Below, piece after piece: positions 18,483 through 27,905 of a stretch of DNA of 64,000 nt. The DNA is from a bacterium (GTDB lineage Bacteria > Zhuqueibacterota > Zhuqueibacteria > Residuimicrobiales > Krinioviventaceae): the NCBI GenBank assembly GCA_963693055.1, contig OY843751.1, positions 2,048,001 to 2,112,000 of the forward strand, written 5' to 3'. The stretch's first letter is position 1, and each line of letters opens with the position of its first letter. A program made the position numbers and the translations under genes. Below the pieces are notes generated by a model. That model saw only the letters and a list, made by a program, of their open reading frames with translations. It was not told the origin of the DNA and did no database searches.

Positions 18483-19973
18483 ATGGTGGCATCGGCTTCT
18501 CAAAATGTCTATTCTTCCCGGAATAATCCGGTTCCAATACTCATTGCAGTTGCATTACTTGGAGCAATTCTTTCCGTATGGGCTGTTTGGGCCCTTGATT
18601 TTAAATGGGCAGTTTTTACGGTAATGGGTGTTTTGTTTCCGTTTGCTATGGCAATAGTAGGCAAAGCAAGACGTTTTGTGCTGGCTTTATTGGTTTTTAC
18701 AATTCCCCTGAATATCGATTATAATATTTTGTTTCACCCCAGTCCCGGTGGTGCGAATGCGTTTACCATTGGTTTGACTGATATTTTTCTGTTTGTATTG
18801 ATTTGTATTACCCTTGTAAATCTGTTAAAATATAAGCATGAAATTCATTTTTCTTTTTTTCCTGTAATATCATTACCCGTTTTAGGATTATTCGTATTTT
18901 ACCTGATATCCATGATCAACGCCCGCGACTTGTTGTGGAGCGCTTTTGATATGTTCAGTTTGTTCAAAGTCTGGTTGTTTTTTCTTTTTGTTGCCAATAA
19001 TCTGGAAAATAAAAGCGATGTGAAACTGGTTATTGCGGCATTGTCTTTCGGTTTATTATTACAGGCCTTTTTTGTAACCCTCCAGTTTTTTAATGGACAA
19101 AGTATGCTCAATATGCTGGGTCTTGGAGCGTCATCTAAAATGCTGGCTTTTGAGATGCAGTCTTCCATGGTGAACCGACCGGGTGGTACCGTTGGGCATT
19201 GTAATCACCTTGCCCGATATATTGGCTTGTTATTGCCTTTGACACTGGTGCTTGCCCTGGTAAGTTATCGCCGGTCATGGCGTTGGTTCATGTCTATTGT
19301 TACACTAGCGGGTGTGATTGCCATGATCTTTACACTGACACGTAGTTCATGGATCGGTTTGTTGGGATCTGTGATGGTTATGGTGCCGGTTATGTTTGTT
19401 TGGCGACTTGTTAATTTTAGAACCATAACAGCCATGTTTGCTGTTTCTATTTTGTTCCTGTTGGTCATTTTTGCATTCAAAGATGTGATATGGGGACGAA
19501 TAACTTCTGATGACCTGGGTTCAGCAAAAACCCGTTTAACCACTGCCAAAGTTGCGTTTAATATAATCAAAGATCATCCTTTTATTGGCGTTGGAATCAA
19601 TAATTATGGTTCTGTTCTTGAACAATATTGGGATGCTGAAGATACATTTACCCGCAGAGCGGCTGTACATAATACCTATTTATTGTATATGGCTGAAATT
19701 GGACTGCTTGGATTTGCAGTTTATCTGTGGCTGCTTGTTGCTTTTTTTGCAAGAATAAAAACTGCAATTAAAAGTAGAATTAAATATTTTTCTGCTGTTG
19801 CAATTGGAATTTTGGGAAGCTTTATTGGATTTTTAATTATGGCATTTCCTGACAAGAGTTACAAGGAAAACATAACACTTTTGCTTGTGTTTTTTACTCT
19901 GGCCGCTATAATTGAAGGTATGAATCGAATTTCATCGCAAAATGAAATGACTCATGTTTTAGCAGAGAGATAA
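18483..19973 (+). CDS. O-antigen ligase/Wzy_C family membrane protein
   Basis: About 12 TM segments; RPGGTVGHCN, TLTRSSW, HPFIGVGINNY, VHNTYL...AEIGLLG. Confidence 0.88.
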   Translation: MVASASQNVYSSRNNPVPILIAVALLGAILSVWAVWALDFKWAVFTVMGVLFPFAMAIVGKARRFVLALLVFTIPLNIDYNILFHPSPGGANAFTIGLTDIFLFVLICITLVNLLKYKHEIHFSFFPVISLPVLGLFVFYLISMINARDLLWSAFDMFSLFKVWLFFLFVANNLENKSDVKLVIAALSFGLLLQAFFVTLQFFNGQSMLNMLGLGASSKMLAFEMQSSMVNRPGGTVGHCNHLARYIGLLLPLTLVLALVSYRRSWRWFMSIVTLAGVIAMIFTLTRSSWIGLLGSVMVMVPVMFVWRLVNFRTITAMFAVSILFLLVIFAFKDVIWGRITSDDLGSAKTRLTTAKVAFNIIKDHPFIGVGINNYGSVLEQYWDAEDTFTRRAAVHNTYLLYMAEIGLLGFAVYLWLLVAFFARIKTAIKSRIKYFSAVAIGILGSFIGFLIMAFPDKSYKENITLLLVFFTLAAIIEGMNRISSQNEMTHVLAER

Positions 19974-19977
19974 TTGA

Positions 19978-20778
19978 ATGACTTCTCAAGACATTGCAGG
20001 CTTTATTGGTAATAGCAGTCTTTTAAGACGTTTGGCTTTTATTGCAGTTCATTTGACAACTTTGCGTGAATGGTATTTACGTAAAGTATTGAAACAAACT
20101 TTGAAAAAATCTTTTGCCTTTCTTGATGCCGGAAGTGGAATGGGGCAACATGCAGTTTGGATTGCTGAAAATTATCCACAATCTCAGGTTTTGGGAATTG
20201 ATACAGATAGCAGACAAATTGAGGATTGCCGACGTTTTGCCAAAAGAAACCATATCCCCAATCTGGCTTTTGAATCCGGTAGTCTTGATGAGGTAAAACT
20301 GGATACGGAATTTGACCATGTTCTTTGTGCAAGTGTTTTAGAACATATTGAGAACGATGATAAAGTTTTAAAATCTTTTCACAAAATTTTAAAACCCAAT
20401 GGTACTTTGATTGTTTATGTACCTGTCTCAGAAAAACGGGTTTTAAAAAGTTTGGAAAGAAAAATAAACAAAATGACAGAGCATGCAAATGCAAAATACC
20501 CGCATGAGCATGTGCGTTACTATAAACAAATAGAGTTGTTGGATAAATTAATGAAAAACGGCTTTAAAATTAAAACCAGTAAACAAACTTATGGCACATT
20601 TGGCAGATGGTCTTATGATATTGTTACTACTGTACAGTACAGTCGTTTTTTTAAATTGATTTTCCCTTTTTATTTTTTACTGGTGCATCCTTTTGTGATG
20701 TTCCTCATGTGGCTGGATATGCGTTCCGAAAACCTTGATGGGAATGGGTTATTGGTAGTGGCGGAAAAGGTGATATGA
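19978..20778 (+). CDS. Class I SAM-dependent methyltransferase
   Basis: FLDAGSGMG, VLEHIEND, LKPNG, HVRYY. Confidence 0.88.
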   Translation: MTSQDIAGFIGNSSLLRRLAFIAVHLTTLREWYLRKVLKQTLKKSFAFLDAGSGMGQHAVWIAENYPQSQVLGIDTDSRQIEDCRRFAKRNHIPNLAFESGSLDEVKLDTEFDHVLCASVLEHIENDDKVLKSFHKILKPNGTLIVYVPVSEKRVLKSLERKINKMTEHANAKYPHEHVRYYKQIELLDKLMKNGFKIKTSKQTYGTFGRWSYDIVTTVQYSRFFKLIFPFYFLLVHPFVMFLMWLDMRSENLDGNGLLVVAEKVI

Positions 20779-22202
20779 ATTATTTAAAATCGATAATTTC
20801 AAATACTGTTGCGCGAGGGTTAACCGAATTGGTGAACCGTGCAGGCGGTGCTGTGTTTTGGGTGATGGTGGCACGCTATCTCGGTATTTCAGGTTTAGGA
20901 ACGCTGGCCTATGCTTTATCCTTATTTTCTTTATTCTCTACCTTGTCATCTATGGGACTTGGTAGTGTAGCTGTTCGTGACATCGCCAAAGATAAAACCA
21001 AAGCGGGTGTTTACTTTGGGCAAGGCCTTTTGCTGGGTTTAGGGCTATCTATGCTTTTTGCCGGATTGATGATTACTACCAGTCTTGTATTGAAACCCGG
21101 AGAACACTCCATTTTTGCTTCTATTGCCATGGCTGTTGCAATTTTTCCGGCTTCCGGATTCTACTGGAGCAAAACCATGCTCAGTGCCGCAGAAAAGATG
21201 GGTTATATTGCCATTGCACGCGCACTTGAAAATAGTTTCAAAGTTATTGTTGGTTTGATCATGATTCTTTCAGGCGCCGGAATCAAAGAATTGGTGCTGG
21301 TTATTGTTTTCAGCAAAGTTGTTTCTTTTGCGGTTTGTTTTGCATTTGCTAGTGACAAAGTTGTTCGTCCAGTCTGGCGTTCAGACAAAGAGGTCTTGGG
21401 CCATTTGATCAAGCATGCCCCGTCATTTTCTCTTATTAATTTATTTAACAGTTTATTTTGGTCAATCTCTGTTTTATTACTAACGTCACTTCGTGGTGAA
21501 GCGGAAGCTGGTATTTTTAGTGCAGCTTTTAAATTGGTAGAGATATGTATAGCATTGGCGCTAGCATATGGGCAGGCATTTTTTCCGGTTATTTCCAGAA
21601 TTTCCCGAACTGAAAGAGAATTATTTCAACAGTTGTTCCAAAAGTCTATCAAATTTATTACCATTGCCACTCTGGCAGTTGCAGGAATTATGCAGGTCAT
21701 TGCACCCCAGTTGATTGTGCTTTTCTATGGCCCGGGTATGGACAGGGCAGTACCTGTATTGCAGGTTTTGATCTGGTTGATTGTACCTTTTGGTATTATA
21801 CCGGTAATGGCTTTTACGCTCATTAGTATTAATCAACAGAAATTTGACCTGGTTGCCAATATTTCCGGTACTATGATTCTATTTGTTATGAGCATGCTTA
21901 TTGTTCCGGTTTCGGGTGCTTTGGGTGCTGCAATTTCTATAGTCATTGCAGGATTTGTATTTTTGGCTGCCGAGTTGTTTGGCCTTTCCAGTAAATTCTT
22001 TCGCTTACAGAATGCTATAGAATGGCTTAAACCTCTGCCCGGTTTATTGTTGATGTGGAGTATTGCTTTTATATTAAAAGATTATCAGGTTTGGTTGTCT
22101 ATGTTCAGTGGTGCGGTTATGTATGTAATTTATTTGTGGTTGAGTAAAACAGTTACACAACCTGAAATTTTATACTTAAAAAAATGGGTTTCTGTCCGAT
22201 AA
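20775..22202 (+). CDS. Wzx-type polysaccharide flippase
   Basis: About 14 TM segments; ARYLG...G, AGIFSAAFKL, FFPVISR. Confidence 0.88.
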   Translation: MNYLKSIISNTVARGLTELVNRAGGAVFWVMVARYLGISGLGTLAYALSLFSLFSTLSSMGLGSVAVRDIAKDKTKAGVYFGQGLLLGLGLSMLFAGLMITTSLVLKPGEHSIFASIAMAVAIFPASGFYWSKTMLSAAEKMGYIAIARALENSFKVIVGLIMILSGAGIKELVLVIVFSKVVSFAVCFAFASDKVVRPVWRSDKEVLGHLIKHAPSFSLINLFNSLFWSISVLLLTSLRGEAEAGIFSAAFKLVEICIALALAYGQAFFPVISRISRTERELFQQLFQKSIKFITIATLAVAGIMQVIAPQLIVLFYGPGMDRAVPVLQVLIWLIVPFGIIPVMAFTLISINQQKFDLVANISGTMILFVMSMLIVPVSGALGAAISIVIAGFVFLAAELFGLSSKFFRLQNAIEWLKPLPGLLLMWSIAFILKDYQVWLSMFSGAVMYVIYLWLSKTVTQPEILYLKKWVSVR

Positions 22203-22212
22203 TAATAATGAG

Positions 22213-23205
22213 ATGATGAACGATAATGCTAAAATATTGCCCAGGATCTCTGTTATCATTCCGGTACGCAACCGGGATGATGTCATTCTAAGGACCCTGA
22301 ATGCACTTGAAAATCAGGATTATAACCAATCGCTGTATCAGGTGATTGTTGTGGATGATGCTTCGACAGATGAAACACTGGACCAGTTGATTGCTTTTTC
22401 GGCAGATACCCGAATAGATTTTATAATCATTCAGGGACCCGGTAAAGGTGCGGGATACGCTCGCAATCTTGCAATGGAACATGCCCAGGGCGAAATATTA
22501 TTATTTCTGGATGGTGATACAATCCCCGAACTGGATCTGGTGAGAAAACATGTTGAACTGCATGAACAGCATTATCATCCGGTGTGCATTATGGGACGAG
22601 TTGATATGTCACTCGAACTTGATATTCATCGTCAATACCGATTGTTTGATACAGAAATGCCTTTTCATTTTGATGAAATGCAGCGCGTAGATTGGCAAAT
22701 GTACCGGGCTGCAAATACTTCAATAACATGGTCTGCTATTCACAGTATTGGTGGTTTTGATCTGGAATTAAAAGCTGCTGAAGATACTGAATTGGCCTGG
22801 CGTTTGAATGATAAAGGGATTCCAATATATTATTATAATTCACTGGTTTGTATGCACCACCATCCCATTGATGTTGAAGGATATATGGAAAAAGGTGCCA
22901 TGTATGGACTTGCGGTAGGTGTCTGGTATCAAAAAGCGCCTGAAATTCGTCGTGAATTGGTATCCCGATATGGCGTTACCGCTCCGGAATTGACAGTATT
23001 TAGAAAGTTGAAACATACATTTAGAAGTGTTTTTATTAATCGATATACATTCCCTTTGATTGTTAAATCTGGCAAGCTGTTAAGAAAAATCTGGTTAAAG
23101 GGATCAGAAATTTTATTAAAGAGTGCTTTTCGGTTCAATACCCGAAAAGCTTTTGCAAATTATGTTTTTTCGAATACGGGTAATATAGCGGCGGGGAGGT
23201 CGTGA
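22213..23205 (+). CDS. Glycosyltransferase family 2
   Basis: SVIIPVRNR, VVDDASTD, ARN, LFLDGD, GGFD, EDTELAWRL. Confidence 0.92.
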   Translation: MMNDNAKILPRISVIIPVRNRDDVILRTLNALENQDYNQSLYQVIVVDDASTDETLDQLIAFSADTRIDFIIIQGPGKGAGYARNLAMEHAQGEILLFLDGDTIPELDLVRKHVELHEQHYHPVCIMGRVDMSLELDIHRQYRLFDTEMPFHFDEMQRVDWQMYRAANTSITWSAIHSIGGFDLELKAAEDTELAWRLNDKGIPIYYYNSLVCMHHHPIDVEGYMEKGAMYGLAVGVWYQKAPEIRRELVSRYGVTAPELTVFRKLKHTFRSVFINRYTFPLIVKSGKLLRKIWLKGSEILLKSAFRFNTRKAFANYVFSNTGNIAAGRS

Positions 23206-24461
23206 TGAGAGTATTAATGACCCATTGGAACTATGCACCGGAATTTTCAGGAGCTGCATTACAAGGACATCGGTTGTCTCTTGAGCTTATGAAACTTGGT
23301 ATAAAAGTAAATGTTTTGACCGGAACAGATAATCCGGATATGGTAGGAACTGACTATGTTGATGGTATCAAAGTCGTCAGGGTGTTGCGTGATAAATCAT
23401 CACGTTTGAAACATTTAAACTATGGCTGGGAAATGTTCAAACATGTATTACGCTTTCGCCATGAAGTGGATGTTGTTCATTCACATGGTTTTATTGCACC
23501 GGTAAATATTGCAGCCAAGCTTGCCAAATTGCCGGTTATTCAAAAAATTACCAACCTAAATGTTGATGATCCCATTACTGTGAGAAGACGTAAACTGGGA
23601 CATATACTGATCAAAATATTCAACTATTCACGTATTCTTGTTCCTACATCTCGTTTGCTGGAAAGAACCTGCAGACGTACTGATAATTCTCAACCCTTTT
23701 TCGCCAAAGTGTCTAATGGTGTTGATCCCAATCTGTTCAGGCCGGTTTCTGCTGATGAGAAAAAACAAATTAAACACCAGTTGGGTTTGCCTCGCAACCG
23801 TACAATTTTCCTTACGGTTGGTTCTGTTACCCATACAAAAGGATTGGATCTTTTGATCAATGCACTATATGAATTAAAACTTACGACATACGATGATTTT
23901 CTTTTATTGGTTATTGGGCCTAATCATTTGAGTAAAAGTTTTGGTTTGGGTGACGAACCTACCGATCCCTTTACCCGCAATCTCTTGCGTTCTATTAATG
24001 ATAAAGGTTTGTTTAAACATATAAAGTTTTTGGGAGTGCAGGCCAATATTCATGAATATATGCAGGCAGCCGATGTTTATATTCACTCAAGTCGTCAGGA
24101 AGGTCAGCCCAACGCTATATTGGAAGCCATGGCAAGTGCTATTCCGGTTGTTGCAAACCGTTTACCCGGTATAACCGATGAATTGCTGCAAAATGGACGT
24201 TATGGTTTTGTTGTAGATAGTGAAAATGATGTCGAGTTTGCTTCTGCCATCCGTGTATTGATGAAACATGAAAAAATACGTGGACGCATGGGAGCCTATT
24301 CACGTATAGAGATTTTGCAAAATTACAACCTTTGGAAGATCGCTGAAAAATATCGCTCATTATATTATAGCGTAGTTGATGAAGAAACGGTAGCAGAAGC
24401 GGGTATGCCGCAAGAAAATCAGTCTTTATTGTCAATATTGAACCATATTAAACACAAGTAA
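23202..24461 (+). CDS. Glycosyltransferase family 4
   Basis: NGVD, KGLDLL, SRQEGQPNAILEAMAS. Confidence 0.92.
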   Translation: MMRVLMTHWNYAPEFSGAALQGHRLSLELMKLGIKVNVLTGTDNPDMVGTDYVDGIKVVRVLRDKSSRLKHLNYGWEMFKHVLRFRHEVDVVHSHGFIAPVNIAAKLAKLPVIQKITNLNVDDPITVRRRKLGHILIKIFNYSRILVPTSRLLERTCRRTDNSQPFFAKVSNGVDPNLFRPVSADEKKQIKHQLGLPRNRTIFLTVGSVTHTKGLDLLINALYELKLTTYDDFLLLVIGPNHLSKSFGLGDEPTDPFTRNLLRSINDKGLFKHIKFLGVQANIHEYMQAADVYIHSSRQEGQPNAILEAMASAIPVVANRLPGITDELLQNGRYGFVVDSENDVEFASAIRVLMKHEKIRGRMGAYSRIEILQNYNLWKIAEKYRSLYYSVVDEETVAEAGMPQENQSLLSILNHIKHK

Positions 24462-24462
24462 T

Positions 24463-25143
24463 ATGGATCTGCAAGATCGTTTAGATAAACGTTTTTCACC
24501 GCAGGCTGTTGCATTCAAAAGAATCATCAGTAAAGTTGTACAGCCCATCAAGATTGAAAAAATTCTTGTTGTTGGTTGCGGCCGTGGATACGAAGCAATC
24601 AAATTACAAGAACTGTTTGGTGCAAAAGTTCATGGTGTTGATGTTGAACAGGAATTTGATGTCAGGGCTGAGCAATATGCACATTTGATCAACTATGATG
24701 GTGCAAACCTGCCTTTTACCGATAATCATTTTGACATTGTTTATTCATTCCATGTGCTTGAACATGTTAAAGTTGTGGATAATATGTTGTTTGAAATGAA
24801 ACGGGTGATAAATCCGGGAGGATGGGTTTATATAGGGGTTCCAAACCGTTCACGATTGTTTGGATATTTTGGGATGAAAGATAAATCATTTTCTCAAAAA
24901 TTAAAACAAAATTTGCATGACTGGCAGGCCCGTATTCAGGGCCGTTTTGAAAACCGTTATGGAGCTCATGCCGGGTTTTCAGATTCAGAATTAAAAAAGC
25001 TATTATTAAATCATTTTACCCATGTCGAAAATGTTACCGGATTGTATTATCAGAACAAACATAGTTATTTCAAGCTGTTGTTGCATTTACCCGGTTTCTC
25101 GAAATTTATTCTACCCTCTGTTTATTTTATTGCCTCAAAGTAA
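24463..25143 (+). CDS. Class I SAM-dependent methyltransferase
   Basis: LVVGCGRG, LPFTDNHFD, HVLEHV, GVPN. Confidence 0.88.
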   Translation: MDLQDRLDKRFSPQAVAFKRIISKVVQPIKIEKILVVGCGRGYEAIKLQELFGAKVHGVDVEQEFDVRAEQYAHLINYDGANLPFTDNHFDIVYSFHVLEHVKVVDNMLFEMKRVINPGGWVYIGVPNRSRLFGYFGMKDKSFSQKLKQNLHDWQARIQGRFENRYGAHAGFSDSELKKLLLNHFTHVENVTGLYYQNKHSYFKLLLHLPGFSKFILPSVYFIASK

Positions 25144-25252
25144 AGAGTATTACCTGTTTATACTGCAAATTTCCCCAAATTTGTTTTTAAATCTTGATTT
25201 ATTGACGGTAGTATGTTAATTTTATTTCGAATTGAAAATTAAAAGGTGAAAT

Positions 25253-25666
25253 ATGAAACCGAAAATAATCATTGGCTTTGTTGTTATTCTGTTCGCTTTG
25301 GGATTTGTAATTATTGGTGGTCTCCAGGAAACAGCTGTGTATTATATGACCGTACCGGAATTGCATGCTAAATCTTTACCCGAAGGTGAAGGTGTTCGCA
25401 TAAGTGGATATGTAGATCCAGAATCCGTGCAATGGAACGCTAAAGATATTGAATTACGTTTCAGTATGTATGAAGAAAGTGATACATTGAGTGTTTATTA
25501 CAAGGGAGTCATACCTGATCAGATTTATGACGCGCAAATTGTTGTAGCAGAGGGAACTCTTGCAAATGACGGTTCTTTGGTTGCCAGCAAAATTTTACTC
25601 AAATGCCCTTCAAAGTATGAAACCGGGGACCCAGGAGAACATCTGGAAGCAAAAACACAGATATAA
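25253..25666 (+). CDS. ccmE: Cytochrome c maturation heme chaperone CcmE, Cys-type
   Basis: N-terminal TM, YYMTVPE, VRISGYV, YKGVIPD, VVAEG, LLKCPSKY. Confidence 0.9.
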   Translation: MKPKIIIGFVVILFALGFVIIGGLQETAVYYMTVPELHAKSLPEGEGVRISGYVDPESVQWNAKDIELRFSMYEESDTLSVYYKGVIPDQIYDAQIVVAEGTLANDGSLVASKILLKCPSKYETGDPGEHLEAKTQI

Positions 25667-25687
25667 AGAATAATAAATATAATTTTC

Positions 25688-25723
25688 AAGCCCTGGTCAT
25701 TATTGTGGTCAGGGCTTTTTTTT
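25688..25723 (+). terminator. Intrinsic terminator
   Basis: AAGCCCTGGTCA...TGGTCAGGGCTT followed by a T-run. Confidence 0.8.
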
Positions 25724-25821
25724 GTCTATTATATTTCATACTTTATATTTTTATACTCAAAATGGAACATTGATAGGTATGGATTGTTTATTAATAAACA
25801 AACGAATATAGGCGGGCAGGT

Positions 25822-26994
25822 TTGAGATATATTATCCCCATTATCAGTAGTCTTTTAATCATAATCGGTGTGTCGTTTATCGCTGCAATGATGTTGAGGT
25901 TTTTTAATAAACGTATATGGCAATCACGTTATTTACAAAAATTTGCCATATGGCTGCCGCGTGCAACTGCATTTTCCCAATTAATCTGGCTGGTGGGTAT
26001 TCTTTTAGGTGCTGGTATTTTCTATTTGATAGGAGGGTCTCTCACCACGGTACTGATATTTTTTATTCTGGCGCTGGTTATAGCTCTTCCAATTTCATGG
26101 TTGTTTTATCAAATTGGATCAAAAGTAACTAATGCTAAACATAAAGAGCAAAGACGCAAATTTTTGAAAAGCATGGCAGGCGTATTCCCGGTTGCAGCGC
26201 TTTCATTTGCCGCGACCGGAGTCGTTAAATCATATAGCAAAGTCAAAGTTCCTATCATAGAGGTGCCTGTTCCTGATTTACCTCTGGCCTTGGATGGATT
26301 ACGGATTGCGCATCTTTCTGATCTGCATTTAGGCTATTACTTTCAGCTGGATGAGTTGCAGCTCGCGTTATATGATATTAAAGCCCAGAATCCCGATATC
26401 TTTTTTGTAACTGGTGATGTAGCAGATGAACTGCATCAGCTTGATAAAGCTTTGAATATGATCAATGAATTGGATACACCCCACAAAGGATTTGCAAGTG
26501 TGGGAAATCACGAGTATTATCGTGGTATTGATAAAGTTATTTCAGTTTATGGTAATAATCCTGTTCCATTGTTACTTGACCATGGTGTTACCATACAAAT
26601 AAATGGACAGCCGGTTTATATTGGCGGCGCAGATGATCCTGTTTCGCATCGGCTTGATATGCAGTCATTTTTGCGCAAGACTGTGGAGAAAAGTATGCAA
26701 GATGCACCGGAGAATGCCTTTAAAATCTTGCTCAGTCATCGCCCTGCAGCTTTTGATATAGCTCAAAATATGGGTGTTCATTTAACCCTGGCTGGCCATA
26801 CACATGGTGCACAATTTGGTTTCAATGGGCGCAGTGTTTTTGAAGGTAATCCCATAGAGCGCTATTTGTGGGGATTGTATCGCAATAATGGTAAAGCGCT
26901 TTATACGTCCTGTGGAATGGGACACTGGTTTCCTTTCAGGTTTGGTTGTCCTGCTGAAGCACCAATATTGGTATTAAAGCAGGCAAAAGCATAG
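25822..26994 (+). CDS. Membrane-anchored metallophosphoesterase (YkuE/YaeI-like)
   Basis: SDLHLG, TGDVAD, GNHEYY, LLSHRP, AGHTHG; N-terminal TMs and RRKFLK. Confidence 0.9.
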   Translation: MRYIIPIISSLLIIIGVSFIAAMMLRFFNKRIWQSRYLQKFAIWLPRATAFSQLIWLVGILLGAGIFYLIGGSLTTVLIFFILALVIALPISWLFYQIGSKVTNAKHKEQRRKFLKSMAGVFPVAALSFAATGVVKSYSKVKVPIIEVPVPDLPLALDGLRIAHLSDLHLGYYFQLDELQLALYDIKAQNPDIFFVTGDVADELHQLDKALNMINELDTPHKGFASVGNHEYYRGIDKVISVYGNNPVPLLLDHGVTIQINGQPVYIGGADDPVSHRLDMQSFLRKTVEKSMQDAPENAFKILLSHRPAAFDIAQNMGVHLTLAGHTHGAQFGFNGRSVFEGNPIERYLWGLYRNNGKALYTSCGMGHWFPFRFGCPAEAPILVLKQAKA

Positions 26995-27001
26995 TTGTGG
27001 A

Positions 27002-27811
27002 ATGATTATGAATCTAGTTGAAAAATACGGGCAATACGCATTGGTAACCGGAGCCTCTTCCGGTTTGGGTCTTGCATTTGCAGAATATCTGGCAGCATGC
27101 AAAATGGATTTGATTCTTGTTGCACGCAGGAAAGTTGAATTGAAGCAAATTGCCAATCGTTTACAACAAGAGCATTCCGTTACTGTAATACCGATAGTTC
27201 AGGATTTATCTGACCCTGATTTTTGGGATATTATTGAATCTCAAATCAAAGATTTGGAAATCGGGCTGTTGGTCAATAATGCGGGTATGGGTGCGTCTGG
27301 TGAATTTACATCAATTGATTTAAAACGCCATATGGAGCTGGTCCGTTTAAATTGTCAGGCCCCAGTTCAATTGAGTCATTATATACTCTCTGGTATGAAA
27401 AAAAGAAAACGGGGCGCTGTAATTTTTATAGGCTCAATTGTAGGGCATGGAGGTACCCCTTTTTATTCTACCTATGCAGCATCAAAGGCATTTAATATTT
27501 CACTGGCTAAATCCATTTGGTTTGATGTTAGAGGGTATAATATTGATGTACTTGTTGTTTCTCCTGGTACTATCAAAACCGACTTTCATCATAATGCTGG
27601 TATGAGTCAACCGCAGAGGGCAGCAATTGCTGATAAAGTTGTAACAGGCGCAATGCAAAAGCTTGGTAAAAATATTGAACATGTTCCCGGATTTTTGAAC
27701 CGTTTGGTGTCATTATTTAATGATTTGATTAATGGTGCTTGGTACTATCAAAAAAAATATAATTATATAAAAAAGAACATGTTTGCAAAAAATAGGGAAC
27801 CTGAGGAGTAA
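27002..27811 (+). CDS. Short-chain dehydrogenase/reductase
   Basis: TGASSGLG, NNAG, YAASK. Confidence 0.92.
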   Translation: MIMNLVEKYGQYALVTGASSGLGLAFAEYLAACKMDLILVARRKVELKQIANRLQQEHSVTVIPIVQDLSDPDFWDIIESQIKDLEIGLLVNNAGMGASGEFTSIDLKRHMELVRLNCQAPVQLSHYILSGMKKRKRGAVIFIGSIVGHGGTPFYSTYAASKAFNISLAKSIWFDVRGYNIDVLVVSPGTIKTDFHHNAGMSQPQRAAIADKVVTGAMQKLGKNIEHVPGFLNRLVSLFNDLINGAWYYQKKYNYIKKNMFAKNREPEE

Positions 27812-27905
27812 CTTGTTCGTTACAAATCTAAACAACTAATAAAGGGAGACGCATTAGCGTAATTTGATACAAAACTGACTTTTCACAATTACAGGATTTA
27901 GGTTT

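Noticed and set aside
26140-26230. RRKFLK as a Tat signal peptide
   Set aside because: It is internal, after TM helices, and is a common feature of this metallophosphoesterase family.
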